64,000 nt of DNA from Octopus sinensis (taxonomy: Eukaryota): assembly GCF_006345805.1 (NCBI RefSeq), contig NC_043017.1:2604001-2668000 (forward strand), read 5' to 3'. A program made the position numbers and the translations under genes. Below the pieces are notes generated by a model that was not told the DNA's origin, searched no databases, and worked only from the letters and a program-made list of their open reading frames with translations. Positions 36,798 to 51,030 of this stretch are shown here, one piece after another. Within the stretch, counting starts at the first letter, position 1. Each line of letters begins with the position of its first letter.

Positions 36798-37639
36798 TGT
36801 TCTGAGTGTTTGGACGTAATCTATACTTTACATAAATACACAGCCGTACATACATGTATACATTCGTTTAGACTATTATCGTTGTCAATGGTATTTAAGT
36901 CGCAACAAAAACACGTACTCGCGCAAATATACCCTTTTCTGCGTCTGTTCATCATATATACTTCGATGAATGCTTTACATACTCTCTCTCTAATATATAT
37001 ATATATACACACACATATACATACATACACACCAACGTACAAAAATTACGCATATAACATTTATGTGAACGAGTTAAGGGTTTCTCAACGCCTTCGCTCG
37101 ACCTAAATCTTTCTAAAAACCACCATCATGTGACAGTATCGGGTCCTATATATTGTTCTGTTTGTCTTTAACATGAAGGGCTGGTCATGGTTGTAATGTC
37201 TGGTCCAGTCTACTTGATCGATGCCTGACCTGGGGCTAAACGGTAGCTTGCATACATCGTTTATTTATTTCAGTTATTGGACTGCGGCCAAGTTGGAGTA
37301 CCGCCTAGAAGGGTCTAGTCAACTTTCGGTTTTCATTTTTTCTAGATGTTTTTTATTCTATCGTATTTTTTTTTTTGCTAAACTGCTAAGTTAGGGAAAC
37401 ATAAACAAACCAACACCGGTTGTCAGACGGTGGTGAGTGATAAACGTGCGCTCTCCTCTCTCTCTCAGTTACGGGGACGTAAATATGCCAGCATCGGTTT
37501 CAAGCGATGTTGGGGGTACAGACACAAACACATACACGTATATACCCAAAAGGGGGTCAATGGACCCTGATTAAGAAAAACACTGAGCTTTTGTCTCAAA
37601 AACAAAAAAGAATCGTTGGATAATGTAGTCCTATAGTTC

Positions 37640-38415
37640 TATTCTTTTGTTTCTGTCATGTGGCTGTGGTCATACTGCAGCACCGCCTGAAAGGGTTTTT
37701 CTTTAGTTGAAGAAATCAGCCCTAGGACTTACTCTTTGTATGTCAAATACTTAATCTATTGGTCTCTTTTGCCAAACAACTAAGTTACAGGGATGTAAAC
37801 ACACCAACATTGGTTGTCAAGCACATGGTGGTGGTACAAACACATACATACATGTATATAACCACCAGCATGGACAACAGATGTTCATTGATTGCATATA
37901 TCATCATCATCGTTTAACGTCTGTTTTCCATGCTAGCACGGGTGGGATGGTTCGACCGGGGTCTGGGAAGCCAGGAGGCTGCACCAGGCTCCAGTCTGAT
38001 CTAGCAGTGTTTCTACAGCTGGATGCCCTACACACACACACTCAACGAGCTTCTTTCAGTTTCCATCTACCAAATCCACTCACAAGGCTTTTGGACAGCC
38101 CAAGGCTCTAATAGAAGACGGTGAGCTGGCAGAACGTTAGCAGTATTTCGTCTGTCTTTATGTTCTGAGTTCAAGTTCTGCCAGAGTCGACTTTGCCTTT
38201 CATCCTTTTGGGGTCAATAAATTAAGTACCAGTTACACACTGGGCTCAATATAATCGACTTAATCCGTTTGTCCTTGCTTGCCCCCGCTGTGCGTAGCCC
38301 CCTGTGGACAGTAAAGAAATAAGGCTCTGATAGAAGACGCTTGTCCAAAGTGCCATGCAGTGGGACTGAACCTGGAACCACATGGTTGGGAAGCAAGCTT
38401 CTTACCACACAGCTG
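37640..38415. mobile_element. Nested cluster: SINE A (-) interrupted by family D (-) and family B (+)
   Basis: A tail 37640-37850, D 37900-38028, A middle 38030-38120, B 38118-38322, A head 38325-38415; TAGAAGACG is duplicated around the B insert. Confidence 0.75.
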
Positions 38416-39924
38416 TGTACTACTTTTGAAAAAAAAACAACAAGGTGGGATGGCCGATGGCTGTAGCACCTTTGTTCATGAGATCACTTCAGCACAACCT
38501 GATGTGGAAGTAAACAAACCTACAATCGTCCTGTAATAGTCTGACCTGGCAATCTGTTAAAGATTATGAAGCAGTTTGCGTATTTCTATGAAATCTTTAA
38601 AGTCTTAATCGATTCTCTAGACGGCCGTCATTTGCAATATTGATCTTGAAGAGATGAAAAGAATTTGAATTAGAATTTCGAGGGACAAATCGGTACAGAC
38701 TATTCAATACAGATGTGTGTGGGTTTTTTGTTATTACTCAATACAAGTGTTGTGCTCAAGTGCATGCGTGTGTATGAGGGCATGGATCTAACAATAGCAG
38801 AAACAGTCTCGGCTCTCTTTTAACATTTGTTGGTTCACTTTTCCTTTCACTTCATTCTTCTCTTTCTTTATATATATTTGTGTGTGTGTGTGTGTGTGTG
38901 TGTTATACAATAATCCTCTGTGTGATAAGGTGTAAATTTATCAGATAAATGTTTTTTTTTCTCTTTCTTTTCTCTTTTGACCTCTTCCTTTTTTTTTATT
39001 ACCTCTATACTCCATTTCAATTAAATCATTAGCATTCATGTGTAATGTGTGACTCATGCTGTTACATATATAAGCATATCAGCATATGCTCACACACACA
39101 CACAGGTTCCCATTAAATAATCTTAATTCATTTTCAGCAAATGAACTAATGTACATTAACCTACATACAACCACACACACACCTCCACATACAGCCACAC
39201 CCATCCACACACACATACGCATCCACGCACACACATAGTCGGGTATCTTATACCTTTTGTCCTCGACCAGTTGCTCTTCAAAACAGGTTTTTTTCCCCAA
39301 TGCCTATTATTATTATCTTTACTCGTTAAGATTTTCGTTTATTTCTGTCTGTTTTAATTACCCATTACATTACACACAGGTTTCATTTTGTGGTACAAAC
39401 ACACAAATTTCTCTCAATATAAAACTTTGTACTGAAAGTGTTGAGTTGAACTTGTCCTTCTGAGACGGAGATTAAATGTCCGGCCTCAATTGTATTTTCT
39501 ATGTCCTCCTATTGGTGGTTGATTGCACAACCAACAAATGTGAAATATTGCCGTTCTTTATCTTCCTCCTTTCTTAAAACTTTTCGTACACTTTCCAAAT
39601 TCTATCTGGGTTTCACTATTCTGTAATTTACAAAGTTTTTGTTTATTACGAGACAGAGAATAAATGAACTTATTAAGTGAAGGATAAAACACAAGCCCTA
39701 GGAAATCATTGACACTTCCATAAGTTATTAGAGTTAACAAAACAGGATACGAAATGAAAACAATTTTGAAGTTTCAAACCAAGCCATTTATCAGGGAATG
39801 GTAAATCTTGAATTACGTATAACACAAGGAAAACGAAGCCGAATATGATAGTCTTTACAAATGCTTCAACAATTTTCTACCTGTACAAAATGTCTGACTT
39901 CTTCTATTCTCTCCCACGACATTG

Positions 39925-40127
39925 AGCTGGCTATAGCAGGCCCAAATATTCTAATTTTCTAAAACTGGTCTAATACTACCTCTTACACCTACCCTACAAT
40001 GTCATTCTAAAATAAGCGGTTATGTCATGAAAATCTCAAAGCTGTGAGGTAATGCATGATTAATTATCTTTTACTTCTTTCGTTTATTGAACCATGACCG
40101 ATAAAGTAATCTGAACGCTAAAGGGTT
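39925..40127 (+). mobile_element. Decayed MITE (piggyBac-like end ...GCTAAAGGGTT)
   Basis: CACCTACCCTACAATGTCATT...ATGCATGATTAATT also occurs inverted at about 10940-11095, with a more decayed relative at about 48620-48795. Confidence 0.55.
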
Positions 40128-40219
40128 TGTATAAAGATTTGAATAAGGGTTGCCATCAATGGATTTACTTCAGTCAGAAGAGAAAAGGTGCCAGGGACAT
40201 TTTAAGCTACAAATTTATA

Positions 40220-40575
40220 TAAAGACCCCCTTCTGTCATGAATGACCATGGGATTGCACCAAGAAAGTTCCCCTTCTGAGGCATAAGTCTGGGCAAGGTT
40301 GTTTATGGAAGACCAACAGTTGCTCATGCATACCAGCCTCAGCAGAATCATTAGGATGCTGGGTGGAATGCTTATCGGTATTTTGTCTGCCGTTACTTTC
40401 TGAGTTCAAATTCCGCCGAGGTCGACTTTGCCTTTCATCCTTTCGGGGTCGATAAATTAAGTACCAGTTACGCACTGGGATCAATATAATCGACTTAATC
40501 CCTTTGTCTGTCCTTATTTGTCCTCTCTGTGTTTAGCCCCTTGTGGGCATTAAAGAAATAGGTATTTCGTCTGTC
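40220..40575. mobile_element. SINE C tail (-) fused to SINE B (+)
   Basis: C tail reverse complement 40220-40340; B head, core and tail 40341-40575. Confidence 0.8.
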
Positions 40576-41510
40576 TGATACCACTGGGTCATATTTTAAC
40601 TGTCGGTTGTTTGGAAGTAAATTACCAGCCTATTATGGTAACTAGGGTTATATTTTAATTACAGATTGTTTGAAATCTATCACCAGCAAATAGTTTTTCT
40701 ACAAACAAATGCTGGAAATATTTATGGAAGTAATTTGGTTTCCTTTCTTCATGACACGAAAGCACAAAACCAAAACCATTTTTTTTCTTTTTCGTTTCTC
40801 TTTCTTTTATTCTTAAGGTCTTCTGTATATTTGACAAATTTTGATTTGAAGCTAATAATTTCTGTCATAATTCTAAGTTTCTCTCATTTCTGCTGTGTTT
40901 ATTCAAGCAACAAAAGAACAAACAAACGCACTCTCGCCGCACATGTGAGATGCATCGACGCAGCGACTGAGTGAATCGTTAAGCTTTAAATGAAGAAATT
41001 AAATCTTTGCGATATATTTTCCTCTCGTTTGTACATCTGAAATGCATCCATGCATATCACCCACTAGATTCAACGTGTAACCTATATGAGCAACTTTACA
41101 AAACTAATTATTAGCAACACTCGGAATGTGTTGGAGTATAAATAATCTTTCAGGTGTGACAAGTGCTTGACCTGATTTCAGGGTGGAGTGATGGGTGAGG
41201 TGGGGGCATTTGTATTGCTAATTGCTCTTCCCTGGGAACATGCATCAGACAAACACAATCACGTTTTCTCATTAGCGACTCCTTTTCTTTAAAATAACAC
41301 ACTCAGAACTTAATGTTCTGTAAAGAATTGTAATTAAGTAGGAAGTAGATTTTAAACAAATTCTGCTGGTATCAACACTGAAAGCTTGGGTGTGTATCAC
41401 TGAACAAGCAAACCTGCGCACACAATCTGCTTCTTTCTTCAGTAGGTTTTCTTTTCATATCTGGGTTGTCAGGTTGGTCCACGACTGTATGACTATGGCT
41501 GACAAGGTTT

Positions 41511-41666
41511 TGTATAATCAGCTGAGAGGTCTGAAAGACTGTATAACTAGCTGAGAGGTCAGGAGGACTGTATAACTAGCTGAGAGGTCAGGAGGACTGT
41601 ATAACTAGCTGAGGGACCAGGACTATACTACTAGCTGAGAGGTGAGGAGGGCATTGTACAACTAGG
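41511..41666. repeat. 29-bp minisatellite, about 5 units
   Basis: Consensus TGTATAACTAGCTGAGAGGTCAGGAGGAC; units at 41511, 41540, 41569, 41598 and 41624; units 2 and 3 are identical. Confidence 0.92.
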
Positions 41667-42224
41667 AGCACTGGCAGAACCTATATCATCATGTTTCATG
41701 AGTTTTGTACACTGCCAAAGCTTTGGTAGAACTTCTTGAGATGATATTCTGCAATTAGTTGCCCTTAGATGTTTAATGTGCTCTTTTGTTTTTCGATCAA
41801 TCCATTCCTCACAGCAGAAGCGATAAGGCCACTTCCCCTGGTCAAGACGACTGGCCTGCGCTGATGCCATGTGAAGGCGCTCGTGTGGGCCATATTAAAA
41901 GCACCCAGCACACTCTGTAAAGTGGTCAGCATTAGGACAGAAGCCTGGTGCAGCTTGCCAGCTCTTGGTTAAGCTGCCCAACCCATGGACAACGGATGTT
42001 AAATGACGATGATGAAAATAAGTACCAGTTGAGAAGAGGGGGTCAGTGGAATTGCTTTGGACCACACCTCTGAAATTTCTGGTGTTGTGCCAAAATTTGA
42101 AATCAATACTTAAATGGCCAGATGTTGCGAACACAACAGCCAGCAGAAACTTGTGGCACCAAGTGACTGCTTAGTGTATATGAGAGCATAGAAGGAAGTG
42201 ATACTGGCAGTGGACAAACATTTA

Positions 42225-42391
42225 CTGTATTTTAACGTGTATTAGGATCCCCACCCCCTAATTTTGGGGGCCTAAAATTTGGAAAAAAGGCTTTGTAAAT
42301 GATTATAATACTATCCATGTAGAAGAAACTGCCATTTTTTAAACCTAATTTTTGACAAAAAGGGGTTACTTTTTTTCATGCTAAAATACAG
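42225..42391. mobile_element. Tc1/mariner-pogo-type MITE, decayed
   Basis: TIR CTGTATTTTA.C.TG / CA.G.TAAAATACAG; TA on the left flank, right TSD not intact. Confidence 0.55.
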
Positions 42392-42536
42392 GATATATAT
42401 GACTGAGTGAAGACAGTGAGTCAATAAATCTTACCTTGTGTGTGTGTGCGTGTGTGTGTTGTAGTTTGTTTCTTCTGAGAATGAGTTTCCAGAATAGAAA
42501 AATCAAAATCGCCATAATAATCTATAATGGTGGGTA

Positions 42537-42581
<45 letters not shown>

Positions 42582-43233
42582 AAAGAAAATTGATATTCTT
42601 TATAAAGACCTCCCATCATGTTTGTTTGTCTGTTTATTTTATTTTATCCAGTTATTTATTTCATGGAGGGGTGGTGGGTGCTTCAATTTATTCTTTCTAT
42701 TAATTTCTATAGAAGGAAATGCAATAAATAAATAAATAAATAGACAAGTAAGCAAATAAAATAAATATTAAAAACAAAAAACAGCCATCACGTAATGAAG
42801 GAAAATATTGGAATTGAAAATAAAATATAATAAAACGAAGGAAAAAAAACAACGAAAAATAAAAAGCAAAACAATAAGGTCTTAATTTTTAAATATTTAA
42901 AGTAACAGTAACGAGCTGTCACTTGATGTCAAAGCTCTATTTAATTATTTATTTTATTTCACTTGAAATTCAGTGTGGAATGTTAATTATTTCTCTATCT
43001 AGAAGGTAAAAAGAAAGAGAAGAATATATAATAAAAAAAAGAAATCAAACTGTGCAATATACACATGTATATATATATGTGTGTGTGTGTATATGTATGT
43101 ATATATATATATATAACATAGCTAAACCTACAACTAAATTCTGCTAAATTTTTAATTGATTGTCGGCATGAATATAAACCTTCTTGTTTAGTTTAAGCTG
43201 AATACTTTCAAATAAGCATTCACATATACAGAT

Positions 43234-43287
<54 letters not shown>

Positions 43288-43533
43288 TACATAGATAGCC
43301 AGATAGATAGATAGATGCATACATCCACCCACCCATCCACACACACATACATACATACACACACGTACATGCCTGTACAATTATATTTACATATTTATAA
43401 ACATCTAAATAGTTTGATTTTATTTTGTGTAGTTCCTCTTTTTTTATCATGTTTTTTTCCTTCCTTTTTCCTCATTTGCTTTTCAGAGAAACACTTCGAT
43501 GATACAAGATGCCATCAATATTACAATATATAC

Positions 43534-43565
<32 letters not shown>

Positions 43566-44183
43566 GCGCATCTCTGTGTGTGTAGATGAAAAAATATGTA
43601 TCGTTATTTATTAATTAGATAATTACAGTTAATTGCTCGACCTCAAATGATCAATAGTTATTAATGATTAATATCCACCTCTTTTCACCTTTTTTTTTTT
43701 TTTTCCCCCTGTTCAAAAACATCTTGAATCCATTTCCTTCGATGCCATTGTAGAATGAAATGTCCCCCCACTAAAAGAAATATGACTAAACCTGATTGAA
43801 CAGCTGCAATAAATTTGATTTCTTTTTCTGTCTCTAAGGAGAGAAACTCTAATGACCTCTGTCTTGCCCATCCTCCTTTTTCTGTGTACAGCTTGCTTGT
43901 TCTCTGGCTCACTTACATACACATACACACTCTCTCTCTCTCTCTCTCTCTCTAATTCCTCCTTTTGGCTTTGCTCATTTGGTTGAGCATTCTGGGACAC
44001 CATTTCCCTTTGTCCTGAACACTATCAAGTTCAGAATTCATTTCATTGATAGATAGGATTTCTATTTTAACGATCTCGGAATGATGTAATGTGGGTTGGG
44101 ATAACTCTTTTGTTATCGGATTTCTATTGAAATTAATTTTGAAAATAACGAGGAATTTTGTAAAATAATTTTCTCATTACTAT

Positions 44184-44584
44184 TCTCTTTTACTCTTTTT
44201 TTACTCTTTTTACTTGTTTCAGCCATTTGACTGTGGCCATGCTGGAGCACCACCTTTAGTCGAGCAAATCAAACCCAGTACTTATTCTTTGTAAGCCTAG
44301 TACTTATTCTATCGGTCTCTTTTGCCGAACCGTTAAGTTATTGGGACGTAAACACACCAGCATTGGTTGTCAAGCAATGTTAGGTGGACAAACACAGACA
44401 CACACACACACGCACATATATATATATGACAGGCTTCTTTCAGTTTCCGTCTACCAAATCCACTCACAAGGCTTTGGTCGGCCCGAAGGCTAGAGTAGAA
44501 GACACTGCCAAGATGCCACGCAGTGGGACCGAACCCGGAACCATGTGGTTGGTAAGCAAGCTGCTTACCACACAGCCACTCCTG
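44184..44584 (-). mobile_element. SINE family A, full length, nested in an older MITE (about 44100-44670)
   Basis: Complete head to tail; the flanks resemble the piggyBac-type MITE at 61812-62013 (GGAACATAAATT...TGGAAG.TTTTAATT). Confidence 0.88.
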
Positions 44585-45511
44585 TTTATTTGGAACATAA
44601 ATTAACATAAAATTTTAATGGAAGGTTTTAATTTTTATCACTTTAAAACAGGAAGTTTGTATCTTAGAAGTGTTCGCAACCCTTAACAAAAGCCCAATAC
44701 AAGCCTTTTGGGTCCAGCCTGGGTGGGTTTGAAACTGTGTAGAAAGCCTCTTGGATGAGTCAGGAATTTGAATTCAGTCGTACATTTGGTCTTGCCAGTT
44801 CTGCCTGGAAATTACATCAAAGGTAACTTGTATCTATGGAATACTCAGCCACTTATGTAAAATGCAAGAGAACGATTTGAACTCCAGGATTCAGTTTGAT
44901 CAAACTGGAAGATTTGGCTTCAAAACTACCGGAAGATCCTTGAGTGAGTGAGTGTGTGTGTAAACAAGTGTGTAGGCGTATGTGCACAAGTGTATTAGAA
45001 TCTGTAGAGGGAGGTGGGTATGTACACAAGTGTATGTGTGTGTTATTTAATTAATGCCAGTGAGACAACATCATTCCTGGTTGTGTTTTGCTAGCCAGAC
45101 CCATTAACAGAGGAGGACGACCATAATGTTTATACCCAGATTTACTTAAGCTTCTAATTTGTTCGATATTTTATGTGTATTTTATATATTTATTTATTTA
45201 TCTCTCTCTTTCTTGGCTTTCTTTTTTTTTTTCCTTATTCAGTGTAGAGAAAATTACCTTCGTTAGCTGCAAGGTGTTAAATTGTTTCCAGATGTCTTCA
45301 CTCTTCACTTGTCATTAAATTCCACCATTTTCCATATGTAACCTGGAATCTTTGAGTTTTGTTTTAAATAAGCAGTTTGTGCCCATAGTAGAAAGGATTA
45401 TTATTATTATTATGATTATCATTATTATTATTATTATTATTATTTCTTTAATTCTAAAATGTGTTTATTATTTATCTTGCTTTTCTTTATTGTTCATATA
45501 CATACATAGAA

Positions 45512-45559
<48 letters not shown>

Positions 45560-46881
45560 TATATTATATAGGTGCAGGCAGGCTGTGTGATAAGAAGCTT
45601 GCTTAACAACCACATGATTCCAGGTTCAGTCCACTGCGTAGCACCTTGGGCAAGTGTCTTCTACTCTAGCCTTGGGCTAACCAAAACCTTGTGAGAGGAT
45701 TTGGTAGACAGAAACTGAAAGAAGCCTGTTGTGTGTGTGTATGTGTGTGTTTCTGGGTCATCTGCAAGAACATGAAGGTGATGTCATTATGACTGAATAT
45801 AGGGTAAAAGAATACACCCTGTTTGTAACCAACGGTATCTCTATTAAGATTATTCTAGCATCTGAAAGGTTTTATCCATCCATCCAGCTTCTCTGCTCAC
45901 TATTCCCGGGAGGGTTGTGTGGTTAGAGTCCTTAGGCACCTCTTCTATAGGGTCCTATCAGAAGCAATTCTCATTACACTTTTTGGTTGGCTTCGCAAGC
46001 ATTATCAGTCCTCTCATTCGTGGTCTTCCTCTAAGTACCCTTGGCTTAACTTTCTAGCAGAGGAGTTCTTAACCATTTTTTGCCCATGAACACCTTAGCT
46101 TTTCAACTCCCATTTCTTTCCGATTTCTCCATTTTGCCGTTCATTATTTCTTGTCTGTGTTAGCGTAATGTGGTGGTAGAATTGTCAGTGTTGGGCCAAA
46201 TAATTTGTAGCATTTGTCTAAATACTTCGTTTCTCCAAATTTCTGGCATTGTGCCTCATAAGAAATCCTCATTTAACCTTGCTTTTTTGCAGACAGTTTC
46301 AAGTCATTTATATAGAGGATTACTTTATGTTGTCTACATATAATTAACGGTGGTGCATCAGTATGACCGCAGCTCTGAGCTGAAACTAGAGAAAAAAAAA
46401 AATATATATATATTGTATATTTGTAGTGAATGCGAGTTAGCTCCCAAGTCCTTTCTGAAAACAATTTTCATTAACATTAACAAATGTCGTTGTAGTTTCA
46501 TTTAATCTAATCAAAAAGAAACATTTTCACTTCCTAACATTAATCATAGTAGCCTTGTGTGTGTGTGTGTTGTTTTTGTTATTTTCCCTGACAATACAAA
46601 GTAGTTTTTACTTATATTCAAGCATCCACCTCATATTTCTGATGCCATATCTTAAGAATTCAAAACCCTGTAATAAATGATATTGATGATGATGATGATT
46701 ATGATGCTGACTGCATGATTCTGATGTAAAGTCCCTTTTGAACTTTCACCTTAATTGTCTTGTGATTGTTTGCCATTTCATCTTATCTCGCTTCCATTTC
46801 TACTGATTCAGGAATTTTTTTTTCTGCTTTTATTTGTCTGTCTCTCTGACCCCCCCCCCCCCATCTCACTCTCTCTCTTTT

Positions 46882-46912
<31 letters not shown>

Positions 46913-48259
46913 GATGCATCTAATTCTTGTTCGATGTCAGACTACTTAGGCATACACCCAAGAACAACGACAACTTTGCGGCACAGCCAGGCCCCACACT
47001 TCCCCCATCTGAATTTTACAATCTTTCCCCTCTTTCTCTTCCTCCCCCCTCATTCTCTTCTTCCCCCCCTCTTTCTGAGATGGCCATCTTTCATTTTTAT
47101 GTAGAGATTCTCTCCCTATTTCTCCCTCCCTCTCTCTCTCGTTAATTCCATCACCATCTTTCTCTCTTAAACTTCCCATATCATAGTCCTTCCCACCCCA
47201 TATCTTTCACCTCCCCCCATCTAATTTCTTCTCTCTCCCACCCTCTCTCTCATAATCTCATCCCTTTACTTTTCTCCCACTCTCACTTCTATCCTCTCTT
47301 CCTCATTTTCTCCCATCTTCCCTCTCACTCTCTTCCAGCCACACTTTTTGTTCCTCCTCCCCTCCTCCTATTTTCAAATATTTTTTTCATTTCAATTTTT
47401 TTACTTTATTTCATCGTCTGCTCTTCCTTCTCCAATTTCTCTCCTTTACTCCACTCTCCCGAACAGTTCTTGGTATTCCTTTTACCAACATACCATTTCC
47501 TATTCAGACCTGCAGATGGATGCACCAGGGATCAGTCCCACTTTCAATTTTATTTCTCTTTTTCTTTTTTTATTATATATTAATATATTCCTTTTTCCTT
47601 TCCCTCTCCCCCCATTTCTTCCTTGCCCTCCCACTCCACTCTCTCTTCCCCTCCTCCCTAAACCAATTCCAAATGGAAGATCTTTTAGTAAGAGAAGGCT
47701 TTTTTGACTAGATAGCTTTAGCTTAGATGACTAATAATAATTAATACCATTTTTCTCCTTTTAATTCCTTTCTGATGACGTCAAGGAAATTGTCAATTCC
47801 GATGTCATTATATCCTTTTTTTTCTCTTTTTCTTTTTTTAGATTTCATCTCTCTCTCTCAAAGATTCTTCACCATTTCTCTGTTATTTGGAATTCAATAG
47901 TTTTATATTTATTTGCTGCTTTTAAAATTGATAAATTATCTTCCGCATATCATGCTGCAGTTTGTCATAATTTGTATCTAAATTTCTTCCTTTCACATTT
48001 GATATTTCATTTGATTTTACTTCCTGACACAAGTGTTTTGCTTTCCATTTATTTTAGGCGGTTGATGCCTTTTACTTGCTAAATGCTCGACCTTTCAGAA
48101 CTTTCCATGTCTCATCTACTTTCAACCTTGTGTAATACTATTAAACGGCTTGGCTCTTTGACTGCTACTGTTTTGAATTGTTATTCCTAAACCTCTTCTT
48201 ACCATGACCACCCTGTAATATCTTCCAGGATGTTCTCTTTTTAGATTAATTTAAAAAAT

Positions 48260-48607
48260 GGGTAAAGGGTAAAGACCCCCTTCAGTCATGAATGACCATG
48301 GAATGCACCTAGAAGGTTCCCCTTCAATGCACAAGTCTGGACAAGGTTGTTTATGGAAGACCAGTAGTCACCCATGCATACCAGCTTCTCCTTTCCATGC
48401 CACCAATGTTATCCAAGGGAACCGCAAAGGGGCCGATACAGCTTGGCACTTGTGACATCACAACTCATGTCTACAGCTGAGTGAACTGGAGCAACATAAA
48501 ATAAAGTGTCTTGTTCAAGAACACAACACACAGCCCGGTCTGGGAATCGAACTCACTAAGTCATGATTGTGAGCCCGACAGTCTAACCACTGCACCATGC
48601 TCCTTCA
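48260..48607 (-). mobile_element. SINE family C, full length
   Basis: Reverse complement of the 22702-23036 family. Confidence 0.88.
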
Positions 48608-48902
48608 CTTAGATTTATTTTTACCCTAAAGTATATATATATTTGACAGATTATTCTGTCAAATGTGATGCTTTATATACTCACATCATTCTTCATTAAT
48701 TGAGCCTTGTCTTCGGGTTTCAATATTTCAATGCTGTGATTGTTTATATTTAAAATGAGATAGAATAAGTGTGAGAGGCCAACTATGTCCAGTTGTTCTA
48801 TCACTCCCCTTGCTGAACTGCTAAGTTATGGGAACATAAACACACCAACTCTGGTTGTGAAGCAATGATGGTGGGGGTGGTAAAGACACAGAGACATACA
48901 TA

Positions 48903-49634
48903 TAAGAGGAATGACCACTAAGTGGACATCCGTTATGCAAGAACAAGACAAATTACATTCTGGCGTTTGCTGAATTTTCTTGAGAAAAATCTTTTCTGAG
49001 TGGTCAGACCATATGGGATCTACATCTAGCATAATGTATGTCCACTTAGTTGTCATTTCGTCTTAGATGTATGTAATATAATGTTTCTTAAATCTTCAGA
49101 TTTTTCTATATGTTAGACCACTGGTTTTAAATTGATATTAATCAAATTAATATTCAATTTTTCACCCTTATTATTTAAATTATATATAATTTAAACACAA
49201 ACCTCAAGTCAGTTTAAACACAAACCTCCAATCTGCTACATTCCATATGAATTCCCTACTGGGAATGACCAACGTTAAGGGAATTTTACATTGCTTATAA
49301 ACTTTACCTTTGGATGGACTCATATTAAACTCTGTTGGACTTTTGGATTTTACTCAAAGGATATTGGAATATTACACATATATACCATCATACCTATAAA
49401 ACAGATTTATGAACTCAATACCCGTACATATCTTACATCTATTTTTTTTCCTCCACCTCACTCTATTTTGTATCACATCTAAACTAAATATGACTTAATT
49501 TTTCCTCTCACACCGTCTACAATGAAGGGATATTATTATTAATTAATACCCTAGAAACAGCTGTAAGACCTATCTATAAATGCTCTAATATCTACGCAGC
49601 CTTGGTTTTTTTTATCTCATTACGCAAAAAATTC

Positions 49635-49640
<6 letters not shown>
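48903..49640 (+). mobile_element. Probable Penelope-like element remnant between TA tracts
   Basis: About 40-bp inverted repeat (48903-48942 / 49025-49065) at the 5' side; degenerate hammerhead with palindromic stem III (GAAACAGCTGTA) at 49515-49569; followed by (TA)n. Confidence 0.5.
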
Positions 49641-49669
<29 letters not shown>

Positions 49670-50049
49670 GCACATACAAGGTGCTCATACTACTAAACCA
49701 ACATGAGAAACAAAACAACAAAAGGCAAATGATGAAACCAAGCATCACCAAAATGAATTAAAACCGTTATAGATAAGATGCTTCTTTCTTTCCTTCCATT
49801 CATCATGGAATCGGAAGAAAGCCTTTTTGTTCTGTAAATTTTAATTAGCTTTAAGCAAACATCTCTGGGGAGGGCTGAGGGTAGGAGTTGGATTAAATTC
49901 AGCACTAAACTTTTCAGAGACCCGATAAGTGCTACAATTAGCATCATCATCATTATCATCAACGTTATTGTTGTTCTCGGTGCCACATCTAATTGTATAT
50001 ACAAAGTGCAATAATGATAACAGTTATAGGGTCTCACTTGGATTATACG

Positions 50050-50485
50050 TATGTATATATGTGTGTGTGTTGTGTGTGTGTGAGTGCATGTGTGTGTGTG
50101 TGCATTTATGTATGTGTATGTACATATGCATGCATACATGTATATGTGTATATATATGTACAAATGTATATGCATGTATGTATATATGTGTATATATGTA
50201 TGTATATGTATGTATATGTATATATGTGTATATGTATATATATGTGTATATATGTGTGTGTATATATGTATGTATATATATGTATATATGTATATACATG
50301 TATATATGTATATCATATGTATATATGTATGTATATATATATATATATATATATGTATCATATGTATATATGTATGTATATATATATATGTATATGTATA
50401 TCATATGTATATATGTATATCATATGTATATATATGTATATATATATATATATGTATATGTATATCATATGTATATATGTATGTG

Positions 50486-50517
<32 letters not shown>

Positions 50518-50570
50518 CATGTATATTATATATATATACATATCTGTATATGTATGTATATCTATATATA
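50050..50570. repeat. Compound (TA)/(TG)/(TATG) microsatellite, about 520 bp
   Basis: Directly visible; source of the longest spurious ORFs. Confidence 0.95.
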
Positions 50571-50571
50571 T

Positions 50572-51030
50572 TCTTTTATTCTTTTACGTGTTTCACTCAT
50601 TTGACTGCGGCCATGCTGGAGCACTGCCTTTAGTCGAGAAAATCAACCCCAGGGTTTATTCTTGGTAAGCCTAGTTTATTCCATCATTCTCTTTTTTCAA
50701 AGCGCTAAGTTACAGGGATGCAATCACACTAGTATCGGTTGTCAAGCGATTTTGGGGGAACAAACATATAGACACATACATACATACATATGTGTGTGTA
50801 TATATGTATATGTGTGTGTGCGTGTATATATATATATATAATATATATATATATATGTATATATATATATGACAGGCCTCTTTCATTTTCTGCCTACCAA
50901 ATCCACTCACAAGACATTGATTGGCCCAAGGCTACAATAGAAGACACTTGCCCAAGGTGCCATGCAGTGGGACTGAACTCGAAACCATGTGGTTGGTGAG
51001 CAAGCTATTTACTGCACAGCCACTCTTGCA
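50572..51030 (-). mobile_element. SINE family A, full length
   Basis: Tail, central microsatellite and head present. Confidence 0.88.

Noticed and set aside
38478-38510. TGAGATCA bantam-like seed
   Set aside because: Lies in a degenerate copy of a dispersed repeat tail; no precursor hairpin
41511-41666. CRISPR-like 29-bp repeats
   Set aside because: Units are head-to-tail with no unique spacers, no cas genes, eukaryotic context
49693-50668. ORFs of 126-234 aa (and similar YI/VC/LS/RE-rich ORFs throughout the window)
   Set aside because: Stop-free read-through of TA/TG/CT microsatellites; no protein-like composition
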